Assembly (NCBI GenBank): GCA_000320545.1
Contig: ADNK01001088.1
Coordinates: forward strand, 1 to 64,000
DNA: 64,000 nt
Direction of reading: 5' to 3'
Source of the DNA: Bigelowiella natans CCMP2755
Taxonomy: Eukaryota; Protista; Cercozoa
A program made the position numbers and the translations under genes. Positions 49,136 through 62,815 of the stretch are shown here, piece after piece; positions within the stretch are counted from its first letter, which is position 1, and every line of letters begins with the position of its first letter. A model generated the notes under the pieces. That model ran no database searches. It saw only the letters and a program-made list of their open reading frames with translations, and was not told where the DNA came from.

Positions 49136-49622
49136 GCGATAAGTGGAGAGAGTATTCGTAAGATGGGAGCATCTCAAGTTAGATATCGGGTAACAACAAC
49201 AACAACAATAGCAGCAGCAGCAGCAGCAACAGCTAATGTTCTTCTGCAAGTCGTCGTGTGAATGAATTCCATGTCCTCAATCCTGATCGCTCACTGCCAA
49301 TCGAATAAAAGGTGTGCAACGGCGACCAAGAGCTTGGGAAAACAGTGTATGCTGCAATCCGCTCTGAGCTGAAGAGACTGGATAAGATTGATAGAGAGAA
49401 GCGCATGAAGAAAGCTCGTAGAGATGCAGGAGGAAGAAGAGGTAGCCGTTATACCACGAAAAAGGTTGGCCATCTTCAGTATTCTTTGGTGCTCCTTTGC
49501 ACACGTTTTATCAGCTTCCAGAACGACAAGGAGGAATGGCTTGGAGGAGAAGAAATCATCACACCAAGAAGAAGACATTAACCTCGGAAACAATCATGCA
49601 CGCCCTCCAACGCAACTGGTAA
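42687..49622 (+). CDS. Kinesin-13-like motor protein with internal motor domain; termini approximate
   Basis: VMVRKRP..E..EFD, FFFDGVF, GQTGTGKT (P-loop, ~44870), NEQSSRSH (46208), DLAGSE (46543), INQSLMAL, PFHASSLTHLLRECF, ATISPT..VEHTRETL. Confidence 0.85.
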
Positions 49623-50211
49623 AAAAGACATAATATGTCTTCATAACCTCTTGATGCTCTCTTCCATGCGAGCCCATTGAACGACACTTTGTAGAATCAT
49701 CACCAACCATCATAAGTCGTTGTATTTTTTTATAAATATGTTCGTGATCCGTCGATCATATGCGTCTCTCACTCAATATGCTTGGCGTACTTACTGTGTT
49801 CTGCCAAACATTCGTTAGAACGGGTTCCGTGGAGGACTTGAATGGAAACGTATGTGATAAGTCCACGCTTTGTAAATATCTACGCTATGCGTAAAAGTGC
49901 GTGTGCGTTTGCTCTGCTTGTACATGTGAGACGGATGTATAGAGTTATTATTTTTTTCCAATCGTCAATCATGTCATTCTAATGTAGCTTAGCAATGCAG
50001 CGGCCATAGCTGTTCATGTTTGGACGTACATGTGGCCAACACGCAAATAACAAATTGAATCATCGGATCAGTTGGCAATGCGAGAAGATTGCAAGCAATA
50101 TAACAGTGATGCCACGCTCGCTTTATGACGAATACAACTAGCTAATGAGGCCATTTGCAGCGCTGTAATACAATTACATGTACATAAAAATATAATCATT
50201 TTATTACCTAG

Positions 50212-50310
50212 ATTACATCCGTCTCATATGTGACGAGCGTATACACATCTAGACATAGAACATATTTTTATGCACATCAATTGGCGTTGTATATGAGACG
50301 GATATGTAAT
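50212..50310. repeat. Short inverted repeat (ATCCGTCTCATAT core, 50217-50229 / 50291-50303) with a third copy at 49921-49939
   Basis: 13-bp perfect inverted core with imperfect extension; possible MITE relic or hairpin. Confidence 0.65.
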
Positions 50311-50720
50311 GAAATGTTTTAAATTTTGGTTGTATGAATACTTATACATTGTATGTTGGCCCCACGTGCGTACATACATCATACATCACAAAAAAACATA
50401 TATCTCTAGACCTACTTCAGCCAGTGATATCGCACATATTAACGACGTGAATAAATGTTTTCTTTGGCAAGATTATCAAGATGCCATGCTACATGCTACT
50501 CTAGCTATAGTGCTTCGCGCAGCACGTGCATGTCCTGCTAACAAACGTTTTTGATATTAGAATGAAAGTTGCTGTGATAAGTTGATGAGTCAAACATATA
50601 TAAAGGTGAGGGCATACTTGCAAACAAGCACAATTTTATTAATAATGCTAATGAAGAGTTCAGCGTCCAATAGGACGGACAGGTAGAATCCTGGTAATTT
50701 TATTTCTCATGTCTTCTAAG

Positions 50721-51803
50721 CTAGAGGCCCAGTACACGTTCGTCGTCTTCTTCTTGCATGTCATTCCTTTGAGCTTCGGCTATTGCTGCAAGATCCACAG
50801 TATTGAGATCAAGCTCAAGGAATGCAGCGTCAGGATGGGGATTCTTACAATATGGTTCGATTGGATAAAACCCGAAAGAGGTGTATAGCTGTAGTGCTGC
50901 CTCTAGCGATTTTACGCTGTCTATTCTCAGTACACGATACCTTGTTTCAAAATAGTAAGAATGTATAAGAGATGGTTGAACTTAAGTTGGACGTAAGCAC
51001 ACGCAAATATTATATGACTTTGATAGAAGACAAAGTTGACATTTCGGAGTAGATAGTGATAACTAGTAGTAGTACCTGCCCATTGATCTGGCTTCTTCGA
51101 TGACTCTCGCCACAAGCTGCCGCCCTAGCCCGTTTCCCCTTTCCTCTGCTCTCACGTAAAGCCGTTTCATTTCGCACCAATCATTTCCTGCCTTTTTCAT
51201 GGCCACAACGCCTGCCGCCTTATTCCCTCTTCTGGCAACCAGCAAGATTCCACCATGGTCTTCCCCGTAGAAACCAGGTAAATTCTCTACTTCTTCGTCG
51301 ATATTTTGATATGCGATGTTAACTTCTAGCGAATCTTCATACTCTCTAATGAGTTCTCGTGCTTCGGCCACGCCCGGATCTTCCGAAGTGAAAATGCGCG
51401 TTATTATGAGCTCATCATCATCCTCTTTCTCAGTCGTAGCTATTTCGTTCCCCTCCACATTGCCATCATTCTGTTCTGCAACTTCCTGCTTAGATGGTTC
51501 GGCTTCATCTGCTGCAGAGTGAGGTTGAAGGTAAAATACTCGTGAACGTCGAATCTTTGGAAAAGGGCTAACTGTGTTCTCCAGATGATTGAGTGACGAA
51601 CTCCAATGTCTACGACACGAGGAGGAGCACATTCGACTTAACATTGCACGCCTTAAGTGAAATTTTGTGGTTGTACAACGTGTTGTACACAATCGGTTTG
51701 CTGGTCGGAATCTTGTAGGAGTAGCAGCATTAACTAAAGCGAAGAGGAGAAGGAATAAATATAGCATATGTATTGCTCGTGCTTCCCCCTCTGCCTTATC
51801 CAA
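50721..51803 (-). CDS. GNAT-family acetyltransferase with a signal peptide plus transit-like leader; two exons
   Basis: CEMKRLYVRAEERGNGLGRQLV (acetyl-CoA motif A); exon 2 YRVLRIDSVKSLEAALQLYTSFGFYPIEPY; leader LYLFLLLFALVNAA followed by an R/S/T-rich stretch. Confidence 0.88.
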
Positions 51804-52281
51804 TGCTAGGGGTCAAACTGCTATGCTTGCTTGATCTTTGCACGTCTTTCAGTCGGCAAAATCGCAAGCAGCACCCCCCACCCACCTCAAAAGCAGAGGG
51901 AGTTATTTTCAATCAGCTCTATGGGGATTGCCGACGAACCAAGGAGATGTGGTCAGGGGGGTATGCTAAGTGTTTATACCGAAATGTCATCTAATGCACC
52001 TGTGCGACATATATTTAATCCTTGTCGCAGATCGAAATTGTCTCGGGTAGTTGGACTCCTTTCGCCGTGCTGATCAATTCGTCTTCCCTTCGATTATCTT
52101 CCAGTCTTTTTACACACGCTTCGCAACAATACCAACAAAGATTTTGCACCCGTCAGGGAGTATCTCCAATCTTTCACGTGCGACATAAGGATTCTTTTGT
52201 CGTAGCATGAGGATGTTACCCTTTATCCACCTCCTAAAAGCTGGGCCGATTCCATCACAAGATCAACTCTGCAATGGTCCA

Positions 52282-52331
52282 ACCGTGTGCTATCTTGTGT
52301 GTGGGGACCGTGTACTATCTTGTGTGTGGGA
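52282..52331. repeat. 25-bp tandem duplication in the divergent GNAT/kinase intergenic region
   Basis: accgtgt(g/a)ctatcttgtgtgtggg x2. Confidence 0.8.
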
Positions 52332-52620
52332 GGGGCAAGAGACAGCTTGATTTTTTTAGCTAAAAATATTGTAGAATACGGGAGAATTAGCACTGTTGTC
52401 CTTTGAGGGTTCAGGTTCCTGAAAGATTCTTTTGATAGGGAAAAGCACCAGGCGGAAACGTATAGCCATCGGAAGGAGTACCACTGTGATGATCTCAAAT
52501 AAGACAACCCGCTCCAGCACAGCAGCTAGCTCCTACTGCGTTTTGAGTTAGGTTGTATATCGAAAATAAAACTAGGGGGACTTTGAAGCTTGCCCAGAAG
52601 GGGGTGGGGGAGCATCCGAT

Positions 52621-52799
52621 ATGAGCGGTTCAGCTGCGTTTGATGAGAAGTATGTTCTCGAGCAAATTGAGATCGGCTCCGGGGCTACAGCTGTGGTAAA
52701 TCAATACCACGAATCTATGATAATTCACTAACAAATCTTAGCGATGGAGTGATGCCATCCTCTAGAAAAGTGAGGATGCTTTATCGTTACTAGTATAAG

Positions 52800-52841
<42 letters not shown>

Positions 52842-52907
52842 TGTGTGTGCACGTGTGTTGTGCGAAGAAGAGCGAGTGTGTGACAAGTAAGAAATTATAT
52901 GAAATAG

Positions 52908-52960
<53 letters not shown>

Positions 52961-53648
52961 GTTCAACTCCCGCTCCCCTCCGTGCTTCATCTCTCCTCCT
53001 TTTAGGTGATGGTGTGTCGGTCTAAAGCCGATGGGTCTGAGTATGCGGTGAAGATTGTTGACAGAAAGGAGAACGTGTGCGATGAGGAGCAGCTGCGACA
53101 AGAGGTAAGTTTTGTGTGACTGCGATTTGATAGATTGTTTCAATGACATGGCTAGCAAAACCAAGCAATGCTTTGGAATGCTCGTTCTCTCTCTCGCAGG
53201 TCGCAATCATGCAGTCTCTGGATCATCATCCAAATATCATTCAACTTGTGGACTTCTATGAGACTCCCGTAAGTGACAGTAGTGTTAGGACTTGTGTGCC
53301 ATTGCACTGCAGTGGAATCATCCATCATCAACTAACATGGTGCTAATGTCCCACCACAAACGTGGCGATCAGGATGCATTCCTTTTGGTCATCGAACTAG
53401 CCGAAGGGGGAGAGCTCTTCGAAAAGATTCTAGAAAACCGCATATTCACAGAGGTCGGTTGGCCTTGCTATGATGATACGTTTCTCTCTTACTTATCTCC
53501 TCCTCAATGTTCTTCTCCTAAACAACGAAGGATCACGCTCGGAAAATAGCTTGTCAGCTATTCGAGGCTCTCCGGTACATGCATTCTCGTGGTGTGGCTC
53601 ATAGAGACCTGAAGCCAGAGAATATCATGTTCAAATCGGATGATATTG

Positions 53649-53679
<31 letters not shown>

Positions 53680-54313
53680 CACCGACCGCAGTTGTTTTCG
53701 TTGACCTCATCGTCGTCTTACAAACAAACGTAGCAATAGACGTGTAGCATTGGTAGCAGTAATAAAGTGATTATCGCCGGAATCATACAACTACCTCACC
53801 ATGCCCTTCTCTTCGTCGTTATTATTGTGATGCGACTCTCCATCTCCCCACAACCAGAGTCACCGGTCAAAATTGTGGACTTCGGCTTCGCAAAGCAGTT
53901 CCGCTCAGCAGCCTCTCCTTCCTCTCTGTCCGTTCGAAAGCTCTCTTCTTCTTCTTCATCATCATCTTCACAAGCTAGAGGTCCTTCAAGACCTAGGAGA
54001 GTGTCGAGGCACTCTCGCTCGCAGGTGATGATATCGTGTTGATGATAACCGGCACTGGAACGAGATCAGTGAAATGGGAAAAGGGGGGGTGGGAGGGAGG
54101 GAGGTTGCTTCCTGTCTTAGCGCTGATATCCCATAATACAACCTTTTATTACCGCTCAACGAAAAAAACAGGTTTCAACACTCCATCTCCTGAAGCTGTG
54201 CAAGCGGCTGCCGCAGCTGCTTTAGCTACTCAGAGAGAAAGTAACAACAATCTCAAGAAAGAAGGCTCAGTTGAAACGTAAGGCATCTCAACGCACACAA
54301 ATATAAGTCTCTG

Positions 54314-54351
<38 letters not shown>

Positions 54352-55023
54352 CAAATTATGAAAGAGGAGGAGCTCTCTATGCAATTACGTGTAATATTTG
54401 TGCCCAGTTGCTTCTACAACTGAGTTCTCTCTTCTTCTGCGCTTCTTCACTATACCTTTGATCTTGCTTGACGTGTGCTGCATACATGTCAAAAACCTTT
54501 TGCAGTTTGATGGTCAACCAGGACTCTTCATCCTTGACGCTATCTTCTCCAACTCCAAAGGTTACATTGCAGCAAGCAAATAGCATTAGGAAAAGCAGTA
54601 CAATTGAACGGAAAAACATTATATAACTTTCTCCAGACGAGACATCAGCGCATGTGCACAATGCTAGGCACCCAAGGATATGCCGGTTATGAATCTTCTA
54701 GTTCAGATACGAAATAACAATATTAAATTTATATATATATATAATCTAAGATAGGATGCGAATGACATGGCCATTAGTAGTACCCAGAGTATCTTGTTAA
54801 GAGAACTCGCTGATGTTGCTACTACTATATAACATGAGTACCAAAGCAACATAATCGCATTGCTTCTCTATTTTCCAGAGCTTACTATTAACGCTCTTGC
54901 TGCTTCGTCGCTGTATCCATATTTTTAGCCCCTGAGGTATTCGAGGAGGGCTCCTCTTACAGCGAAACCTGCGATGTCTGGAGTATTGGTAGAAGAAGAT
55001 AATGAGAAGAGAGAAACACAATA

Positions 55024-55068
<45 letters not shown>

Positions 55069-56481
55069 AATCTGATTTCCCGTTGTTTGTTTTGATTGGA
55101 TGGTGGTGCTGCCATGGATATGAACATGTGACAGGAATCATAGTTTATATCCTTTTGTCGGGAATGCCTCCTTTCGTCCCTGTCGAGGAGGAGGAGGAGG
55201 ATGAAGAGGAAGATGAGGAGGAGGAGAATGAAAGCAAAGAAGAAGAAGAAGAAGAAGAAGCAGATCTGAACGATTCGAACCAGCAGAAGGCTGTTGCCGC
55301 TCTTGTGAGCCGCTTTGAGTCCAGGAGTACCTCTGTGGAGAGTAGTATACCGAAGAAGAAGAATAATAAGAATAAAGAGGAGGAGAAGAAGAAGAAGAAA
55401 GCAACTGAGACGAAGAAGGTAGAGGACGAAAAGGAAGCTGTCGAGGATCTCCCAGAGGTAAGAATAAAAAGGAATTTGTGGACATACATCCTTTGCATTT
55501 CCTCGTTCATTTTGCCCCATTATTAGCATTATTAGCATCGCCACTGCGTCTCCACCCATCCATCATCATCATCATCATAATCATCATCATCATCATCGCA
55601 GATGGAAATTCCGACCGGCCCCCCATTCTGGGTCTATGTGAATCAGATGCAGCAAGACAGGTGGTGGTGCGCGTGTGTGGTAGCAACATGGTTGAGAACA
55701 AGAAGAAAAACAACAAGAAGGAGAAAAGGAAGAGATAGAGGGCCACTTTCCTCAATCTTAAGTAGAGCGTGCAAGTTGTAGTTGTTTCTGCGGCGTGTGC
55801 AAATTGAATATCGAGAGGTGCTGCATCATCGGCAGAGTAGCTGAACGCCATTCCCAGCAAGCCGTATAGTTGACTTGCATCTTTCACCTTTGTTTCACCG
55901 TGTTATTACTACCATCACCACAGGGAAAAACTGAAGCTTAGATTCCCCGAGAAGATGTGGAAGCATGTGTCGATGCAGGTCCTCCCCTTCTCCGACTATT
56001 TCCACGAATAAAAAATAATACATTGTTTTGGAGAGAGAGGCTATCAATGAGGAGGCACATAGATAACACACATTACCCTTGCAATTTCTTATTATACATA
56101 CCTTGTTCTTCTTTCGTCAAAAACAATGAATCTGATTGGATTTGCCACCCGCAAGGCCAGGGAGTTCTTAAAAGAGGTACCAAGAATGAGATGGGAATGA
56201 GAGGAGACGGAAGAGGAGAAGGAGAATTAAAAAATGATCTTAACGAGCTATCTTCTCAATGACATTCCATTACGCTTGTTTTGCCAATGCCCTCAATAAC
56301 GGAGGGTTGTGAAGGCATGACACGATGATATTGACGACTTAGAATATAATTTTTGGCTTTATTTAATTTTGTGATGTATGTCCATTCACGTGTTATCCCA
56401 ATATACTCTTCATCTTATATCGTCGCAGGTGCTCACCCCAGACCCACTCACAAGGCCTTCTGCATCGGTTAGTTTATGCTG

Positions 56482-56525
<44 letters not shown>

Positions 56526-56545
56526 TCTCCCACTCTCTATCTCCA

Positions 56546-56589
<44 letters not shown>

Positions 56590-59500
56590 TAAGTGACTAC
56601 TACCACTGGTAACGACATGAGCACTGACGGCATTTGTACAGAAACTTCTGGAGCATCGTTGGGTGGCAATGAACGGAAGGAGAAGCAGCAGCCGAAGCAA
56701 CGGTATCCAGGAGGACTACCCCGATAACAAACACGGTGGGGAGACTCCTATTCCCTCTGGGAATAATGATGACACGGGGAAACGCAACCAGGGAACTGCT
56801 GCCATTGGGGGTAGTAGGGATGCAGCTGCTGCTGATCCTTCTTCCTCTGCAGCAGGAACCTGTCAGGAAAACAATGGCAGGAACGAGAATGAGGGCTGTT
56901 CTACTGCTGGTTGTGCTGATGGTGGTGGAGAGAATGGAAAGGGCCCAACTCAAGGGCATCGAGCGAGCCATAGCAGCAGTGCTAGCAGCAGGCACGTTCG
57001 ACAATATTCAAGAAGCACTGGCGATATTTTTGGAGGGGGGGCGAGGAATGATGGCAGCCACCACCACCACCGTTCCAGTAGCAAGAGAGGCAGTAGAGTC
57101 GTCCCGATTAACAACCTATCACACCGCAGACGTTTGATGACGATGCTAGGCTCGTACCCGATGAAGAGGGCGACGTTCGGTGCCTCGCGCCTTGAGATCA
57201 GAAATGCGCACTCCTTGCAACGGCGTATCGTCGGTATTGCGAAGCCTTCTCCTCGCAACGGCGGCCGTGCTTCTCTACAAGGCAGTGGCACCGCGCACGT
57301 GAACGGATCGGAGGAGTGGCGCACGCTGGAGTCGTCCGACGACGAGGCCCGGCCGTTGTCGTTTGGAGAGAAATACGAGTTGAAGAACCTGCAGCTCGGG
57401 ATGGGGAGCAGCTCCATCGCCATGCTGTGCCGGAACAAGGAGACCAGGAGCGACCACGCCGTCTGCATCCTCGATCGGGCCCGCGTTGAGTGCAGCAGGC
57501 AGGCGATGCTGCGGTTCCGCAAGCTCAAGAGTCTCGAGCATGACCAGCTGCTGAAAACCGCCGACACCTTCATAACCCCCGAGCGACTCCTCATCGTCTC
57601 GGAGATGTGCTGGGGGGGGGATCTCTTCGAGCACATGGTTCGTCATCGTCAGGTTGCGGAGCCTGAGGCTCGGAACATCATCAAGGCGGTTTTGTCCGCG
57701 GTGGCCTACCTGCACACGAATGGGGTCGTGCATGGCAATGTCACCCCCGAGAAGATCCTTCTGTCGAGCCCAAACGACGTCTCTTCTCTGAGACTCGATC
57801 CATTCTCGATGTCCGCTCACATAACACTACATGATCCGCGTAACGATATTGGTGATGAGAAGAAGCAACAGCACCGCATGGCTACTACTACTACTCCGTT
57901 GTCCTCTCCGCCATTGCCAGCCCCGCAAGCAGCACATGCTGCCACTTCCCCATCCCACTGGTACATGGCTCCAGAGCTATCATCTTCACGAAAGGGACAA
58001 CACAAAGCACACCGCGAGGAAGAAAAAGAAAAGGCGGGAGGAAATGAGGTTGGACCATCATCACAGCAACAATCTGAGAAAGAACACAAGGGAAATGAAG
58101 GCAAAGGCAATGGAAAAACTACAACTACTACTAAGAGTGGTAGTAATACTGCAACGTCGACAACGACAACGACAACACTCAACACCTACGGCTCTGAGAA
58201 GGCGGACATGTGGAGCGTCGGTGTTCTCGCATACACTCTAATCGCTGGTGTTCCCCCTTTCACCGTCTCCAGCAGCACCCCCCCCTCCTCCTCGCAGTTT
58301 CCATTCTGGGTACACATCCCAGACATGGTGCAGGATGGATCGAGGCAGCTGGACTTCGGCGGAAAGGCGTGGGAGCATGTGTCTTCCGAGGCGATTGCTT
58401 TCGTAAGAACAGCTCTACAATTCGAGCCTGAAAAGCGGTTTGAGGCTAGCGAGGCCCTGAAGCATCCATGGATGACGACGGTGCTCTCGATACCCTCTGT
58501 AAATGAGAAAAGCGAGGGAGCTGCAGGCAATGACATCAAGCTGAATGACGGTAATGCATCAGAGGACACCAGCAGTGTCAGGGACATGCGGAGGGGAAGT
58601 GTATTGACTTCGAAGAGGCACTCGTTAGCGGTAGGTCTTACTTCCCTTTTTGAAGATTATCCTACTTGTAGTCGCAATGTTGATCACGTGCTGAGACTTT
58701 CTTCTTCTTCTTCTTCTTCTTTTTCTTCCACAGGTAGAGCCTGGGAGCCCCACAGGATCGGTCCATTCGTCCACTAGCAACCAAAGCTCACTGTCTCGCC
58801 CAAAGAAGAGGGAGATGATGCGGTGGAAGATGGTGCAGCGCGCACGGTGGAGGCGTCGCCAACGCCTACCCACGAGCGTGTGGAAAACGCTGATGAATCC
58901 TGTCGAGTCATCTAGAGATGACGCTGCCCCCTTGCCCAAAAGCGCCGCGAAGTGGCTGCAGCACATGCAGGAGGTGGGAGGAAGAATGAGCTCCTCACCG
59001 ACATCCAAACCGCAGGTAGGTAGCAGCAGCCGCGACGGCGTCACCGGCAACCGTCCCGATAATGGGGTTTCTGCAGCAGCGCCACTATCACCATCAGCAG
59101 CCCCGTCGTCATCAAGGCCAGATAGCAGACGCTCCCGCGCCATCTACTCGCACACCAGAAAGCGCTCAAAGTCTCGGAGCCTCGTCAGTGAGATGCGTCT
59201 GTGGACGGAGGAGGAAGTTGGCGAGTGGGTCGCTAGGCGGGGAGCATCGAAGAAATGGGCTGGATACGCCGACGTGTGCTTCTCCGAAGGGTTCGATGGG
59301 GTGTCACTGCTGCACGCAAAGAAGGAATCGTTGATCAAGATGGGGATACGACACCACCACGCGGACGCTATCATCGGCGAAAGAGACGTCTATCTGAGCA
59401 CTTCCTCCTCTTCCGTGCTCCATGCTGCAGCGGGAGGAGGCCATACAAAGGGAAGGGCTGTGCCCTCCAGCAGTAGAGTCAACACTCATCATCAGCATTC

Positions 59501-59840
59501 CGCCTCTCCCCACCACCAAAACCAACTGCTGAGTCAAAGCCAGCTGCAAGAGCAAGGAGATCAGAAGGCGGTACCACCTTACCACCCGTTTTCAAGAGAC
59601 AGTCGGGATGGGGGGGGGAACCAGCACACATCATCTTTGGCTAGAGGAAGCCCTTCCATATCTCCGCTGTCAAAGGCTCACTCACCCCATCACCAGGGGG
59701 TGTCATCTTCTTCGCGTAATGCCAGCAGCCGAAGTAAGAGTCCTCGCCATGATCGACACAACAGAGAGGTAGTTTTGTGACATGCCTGTGCATGCAGCAT
59801 GGAGGGGGAATATAGGTGTGGGTCTTTCTCTCTCTCACTC

Positions 59841-59914
<74 letters not shown>

Positions 59915-60155
59915 CCTACAATGAGAAGGTAGATAAATATCGTATGACCTCCTCATCTTAGTCCTAGTGGCGTGGTGGCTATTATTATTATTATTATTAT
60001 AGTTCGTTGATAATAACAAGCATAGCATTAAAGGCTTATGCATGGTACCCTGTAGGGATCAGGAGGCGGCAGCGGCTCGGTCCCGCTACTAGTAGCATTA
60101 CTGTGGAAACGACAAAAGTAGTAACGCTTGGGATTTCTCCCTCACTCTCTCTCTG

Positions 60156-60208
<53 letters not shown>

Positions 60209-60944
60209 CTTTGTTCTAGGAGTTTCTCCCTTCTCTTTCATATTGGTTGTACTCGTAATATCATCTCGTTGTTGCCATGTCCTTCACTCGCAACCCTCAT
60301 CATCTTCCTCGCATCCCTTTGTTGTCAGACTGGGATGGGGAACACGCGTGTTCAAGCTCACATCGAGCGCTCTCAAGTACTACAGGCCAGCAGGTGCAAT
60401 GTTCAAGAGTCGTTGCGTTCAATTATTCCTTGTTTTCACCCCCTCTTTGAATTCTCTCCACCAGAACATTCCACAATTTAGTTGAGTCGACTGCCACTTC
60501 TTTCTCCAGGAAAAGAGCTTTGCTTCATTTATCAGCATCATCATCGTCGTCGTCGTCGTCATCGTCACCGTCACCGTCATCATTGTTAAAACGAAGATTT
60601 TGTTTTTGTGTTCTGCTTGCAGCAAACGAGCGATATGCCAAAGCGGAGCTCCTCGGCACGTTTGAGCTAGGGTTGGTTCTTTCCCGATGTTATATAGAAG
60701 CAACAATTAGTAGAGGCGCCTTCCTCCGTTTCACTTACATGACAAAAGTCACCGAATACGTCGCTGCATGAACTATCACACAAATCTCGAATTCAGTCCC
60801 CAAAAGAAGCAAAGTAACCCCATCTTTTCCTGTTGTAGGCAGAGAGCGTATCTGTTTCTACTTTCAACAATCGCATCCGTTTCCCTCACTATCAGTGTTA
60901 TTGACCGTCACAACTACGACAATGCCAGTCTGGCTCATGCGTTG

Positions 60945-60985
<41 letters not shown>

Positions 60986-61445
60986 AATTTCTCATTGCAT
61001 GGGGCTGTATTGCGTTTTATCGTCACGTGCAAATGAAGGTATATTTCGAGGGTGTATGCCGAGGAGGACAGCAACTTAATCTTCAGGTTGGGTCGCAGTT
61101 GCTATTGCTGCTGCTCCTGCCATCGCTGCCGCAGTGCGAGTTCATGATCTAAATTTATCATGCTCATTACTGTTTGTCATTGGTTGCTTTGCAGGATTGA
61201 TATCGCTTCTGCTGGTGGTAAAAGGTACCACAAACACTTCCCTTCTTCCGTTGTCGCAGTATCATTTTCCAATCGTCATTCCCCTCATCCTCCCCATCAT
61301 TATCATCATCATTATTCGATCGTGATATCATCATCAATGATGGCTATTAATAGCCCCCTCCTCTAACAATGCATGGATACGCAATAACACGAAGAAATTG
61401 ATATCCGAACTGAGGAAAATATAAGGAAAAACACCAAAACACACC

Positions 61446-61482
<37 letters not shown>

Positions 61483-61865
61483 TTGGTGCTTTTGTTGCCT
61501 GTTAGGTTACGTTTACGAGCGGCTACTCCTCTACAACGAGAAGACTGGATTCGGTTAGTCATAGTTTTGTAGCAGCAGCAGCAGTAGTAGTAGTAGTAGC
61601 AGTAGAATTTTGTTTGTTTCTTGTCGCTGTTATCGACAGGAAACTGAATTCTCGTTCCGAAGTGCCTATGCAGGCAAGAGATAGAGAGATTTGTGATGTT
61701 GTTGGCTAACACTTTGTTAAAATGCTATTATTCCTCCGTAGAACTCTGAACGATGCTCGTAGCAAAGTAGCTCGCAAAAAGCCGAAGGTAGGCAAGTTTT
61801 GGAAAGCACAGCCAACCGTGGTGATGGTCACGCCGCCAGCGGATAACGATGAGGACACAGTTTGA
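52621..61865 (+). CDS. CAMK-group kinase + second degenerate kinase domain + SAM + PH domain
   Basis: Domain 1: [32 protein letters not shown]. Domain 2 (56663-58777 ORF): [31 protein letters not shown]: [26 protein letters not shown]: [32 protein letters not shown]. Confidence 0.85.
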
Positions 61866-62053
61866 GGATGATCTTGGGCGGATCCTGATGCGTTTGGTGT
61901 TCCATACATGATGAAATTTACGAATCGCGAAGGAAAGTAAATACTCCAGCAATGTTACCAATATACATTTTGTATTGAAACATCTATACTAGACGTGTAA
62001 CTCTTCGAGTCTACAACAATTATTAGTCAAGAAGCGTAGATAACTAGTGTAAA

Positions 62054-62728
62054 ATAGAGATCTGTCAGCTGCATGTTAGTTGCCTGTTGTGGTGCAGGCA
62101 GCATGAAGTTCTTGCATTGTAGCGTGAGCGTCACGTAGCATAGGCGATCGATGGAACGCAGCACCACACGCGAGCAAAGCTGCAAATGAACATGTTTAGC
62201 ATCGACACATAGCTAGATAGACCGCTGCGACTGGTGCACAACGGCTTTCATTTGTCATGCTCGCTTTGCTAACAGGGCTTCAAAACAATGGCAAGGATGC
62301 ATGGGCTGGTGCGCGCGTGACAATGGTCGCGACAAACGTACACGTGCGCAAAGTTAGACAACAGCCAATTGACAACAGTAGATCGACATGTGATGCTGAC
62401 GACGTGCATGTCTAGATGTCATCGCAGCAAAATAGTTTCGGGCAGATTGTTCGTCCGTGACACAATGGTGGATGAGGGCACAAAAGTGCGGGGAGTGCCA
62501 CGATGACATTGTGCGCGATCCAAACATGCATGGGACACTTCCAATGATGTTTGCGCAGAGCTGCGACCTGCGCTACGCAAGAATGTCTCTATTGTTTTTC
62601 GCATGCGACAGCGCAAACGTGGTGAGTTTCAGTCCAACAGCACGCACACACCACGGCACTACACTCTCCCTCTTTGATTTTGCACGCGTGGGGCAACTGT
62701 GTGAAAGGTCGGGTAGATCCCGCGCGAC
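62054..62728. other. Partially TpA-depleted intergenic island; surviving TA almost all in TAG or CTA
   Basis: 19 TA counted: 12 DTAG, 4 CTAH, 2 CTAG, 1 GTAC. Confidence 0.75.
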
Positions 62729-62815
62729 GTACGGAAAATAGGATGGGGTTTTCATGGTGCGTCAAGAAGAATAATGGTACTAAAATGTAGTTGAGTAGGG
62801 AGATTTACCAGAGAC

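Noticed and set aside
56950-59143. Minus-strand ORFs of 120-230 aa
   Set aside because: Antisense shadows of GC-rich kinase exons.
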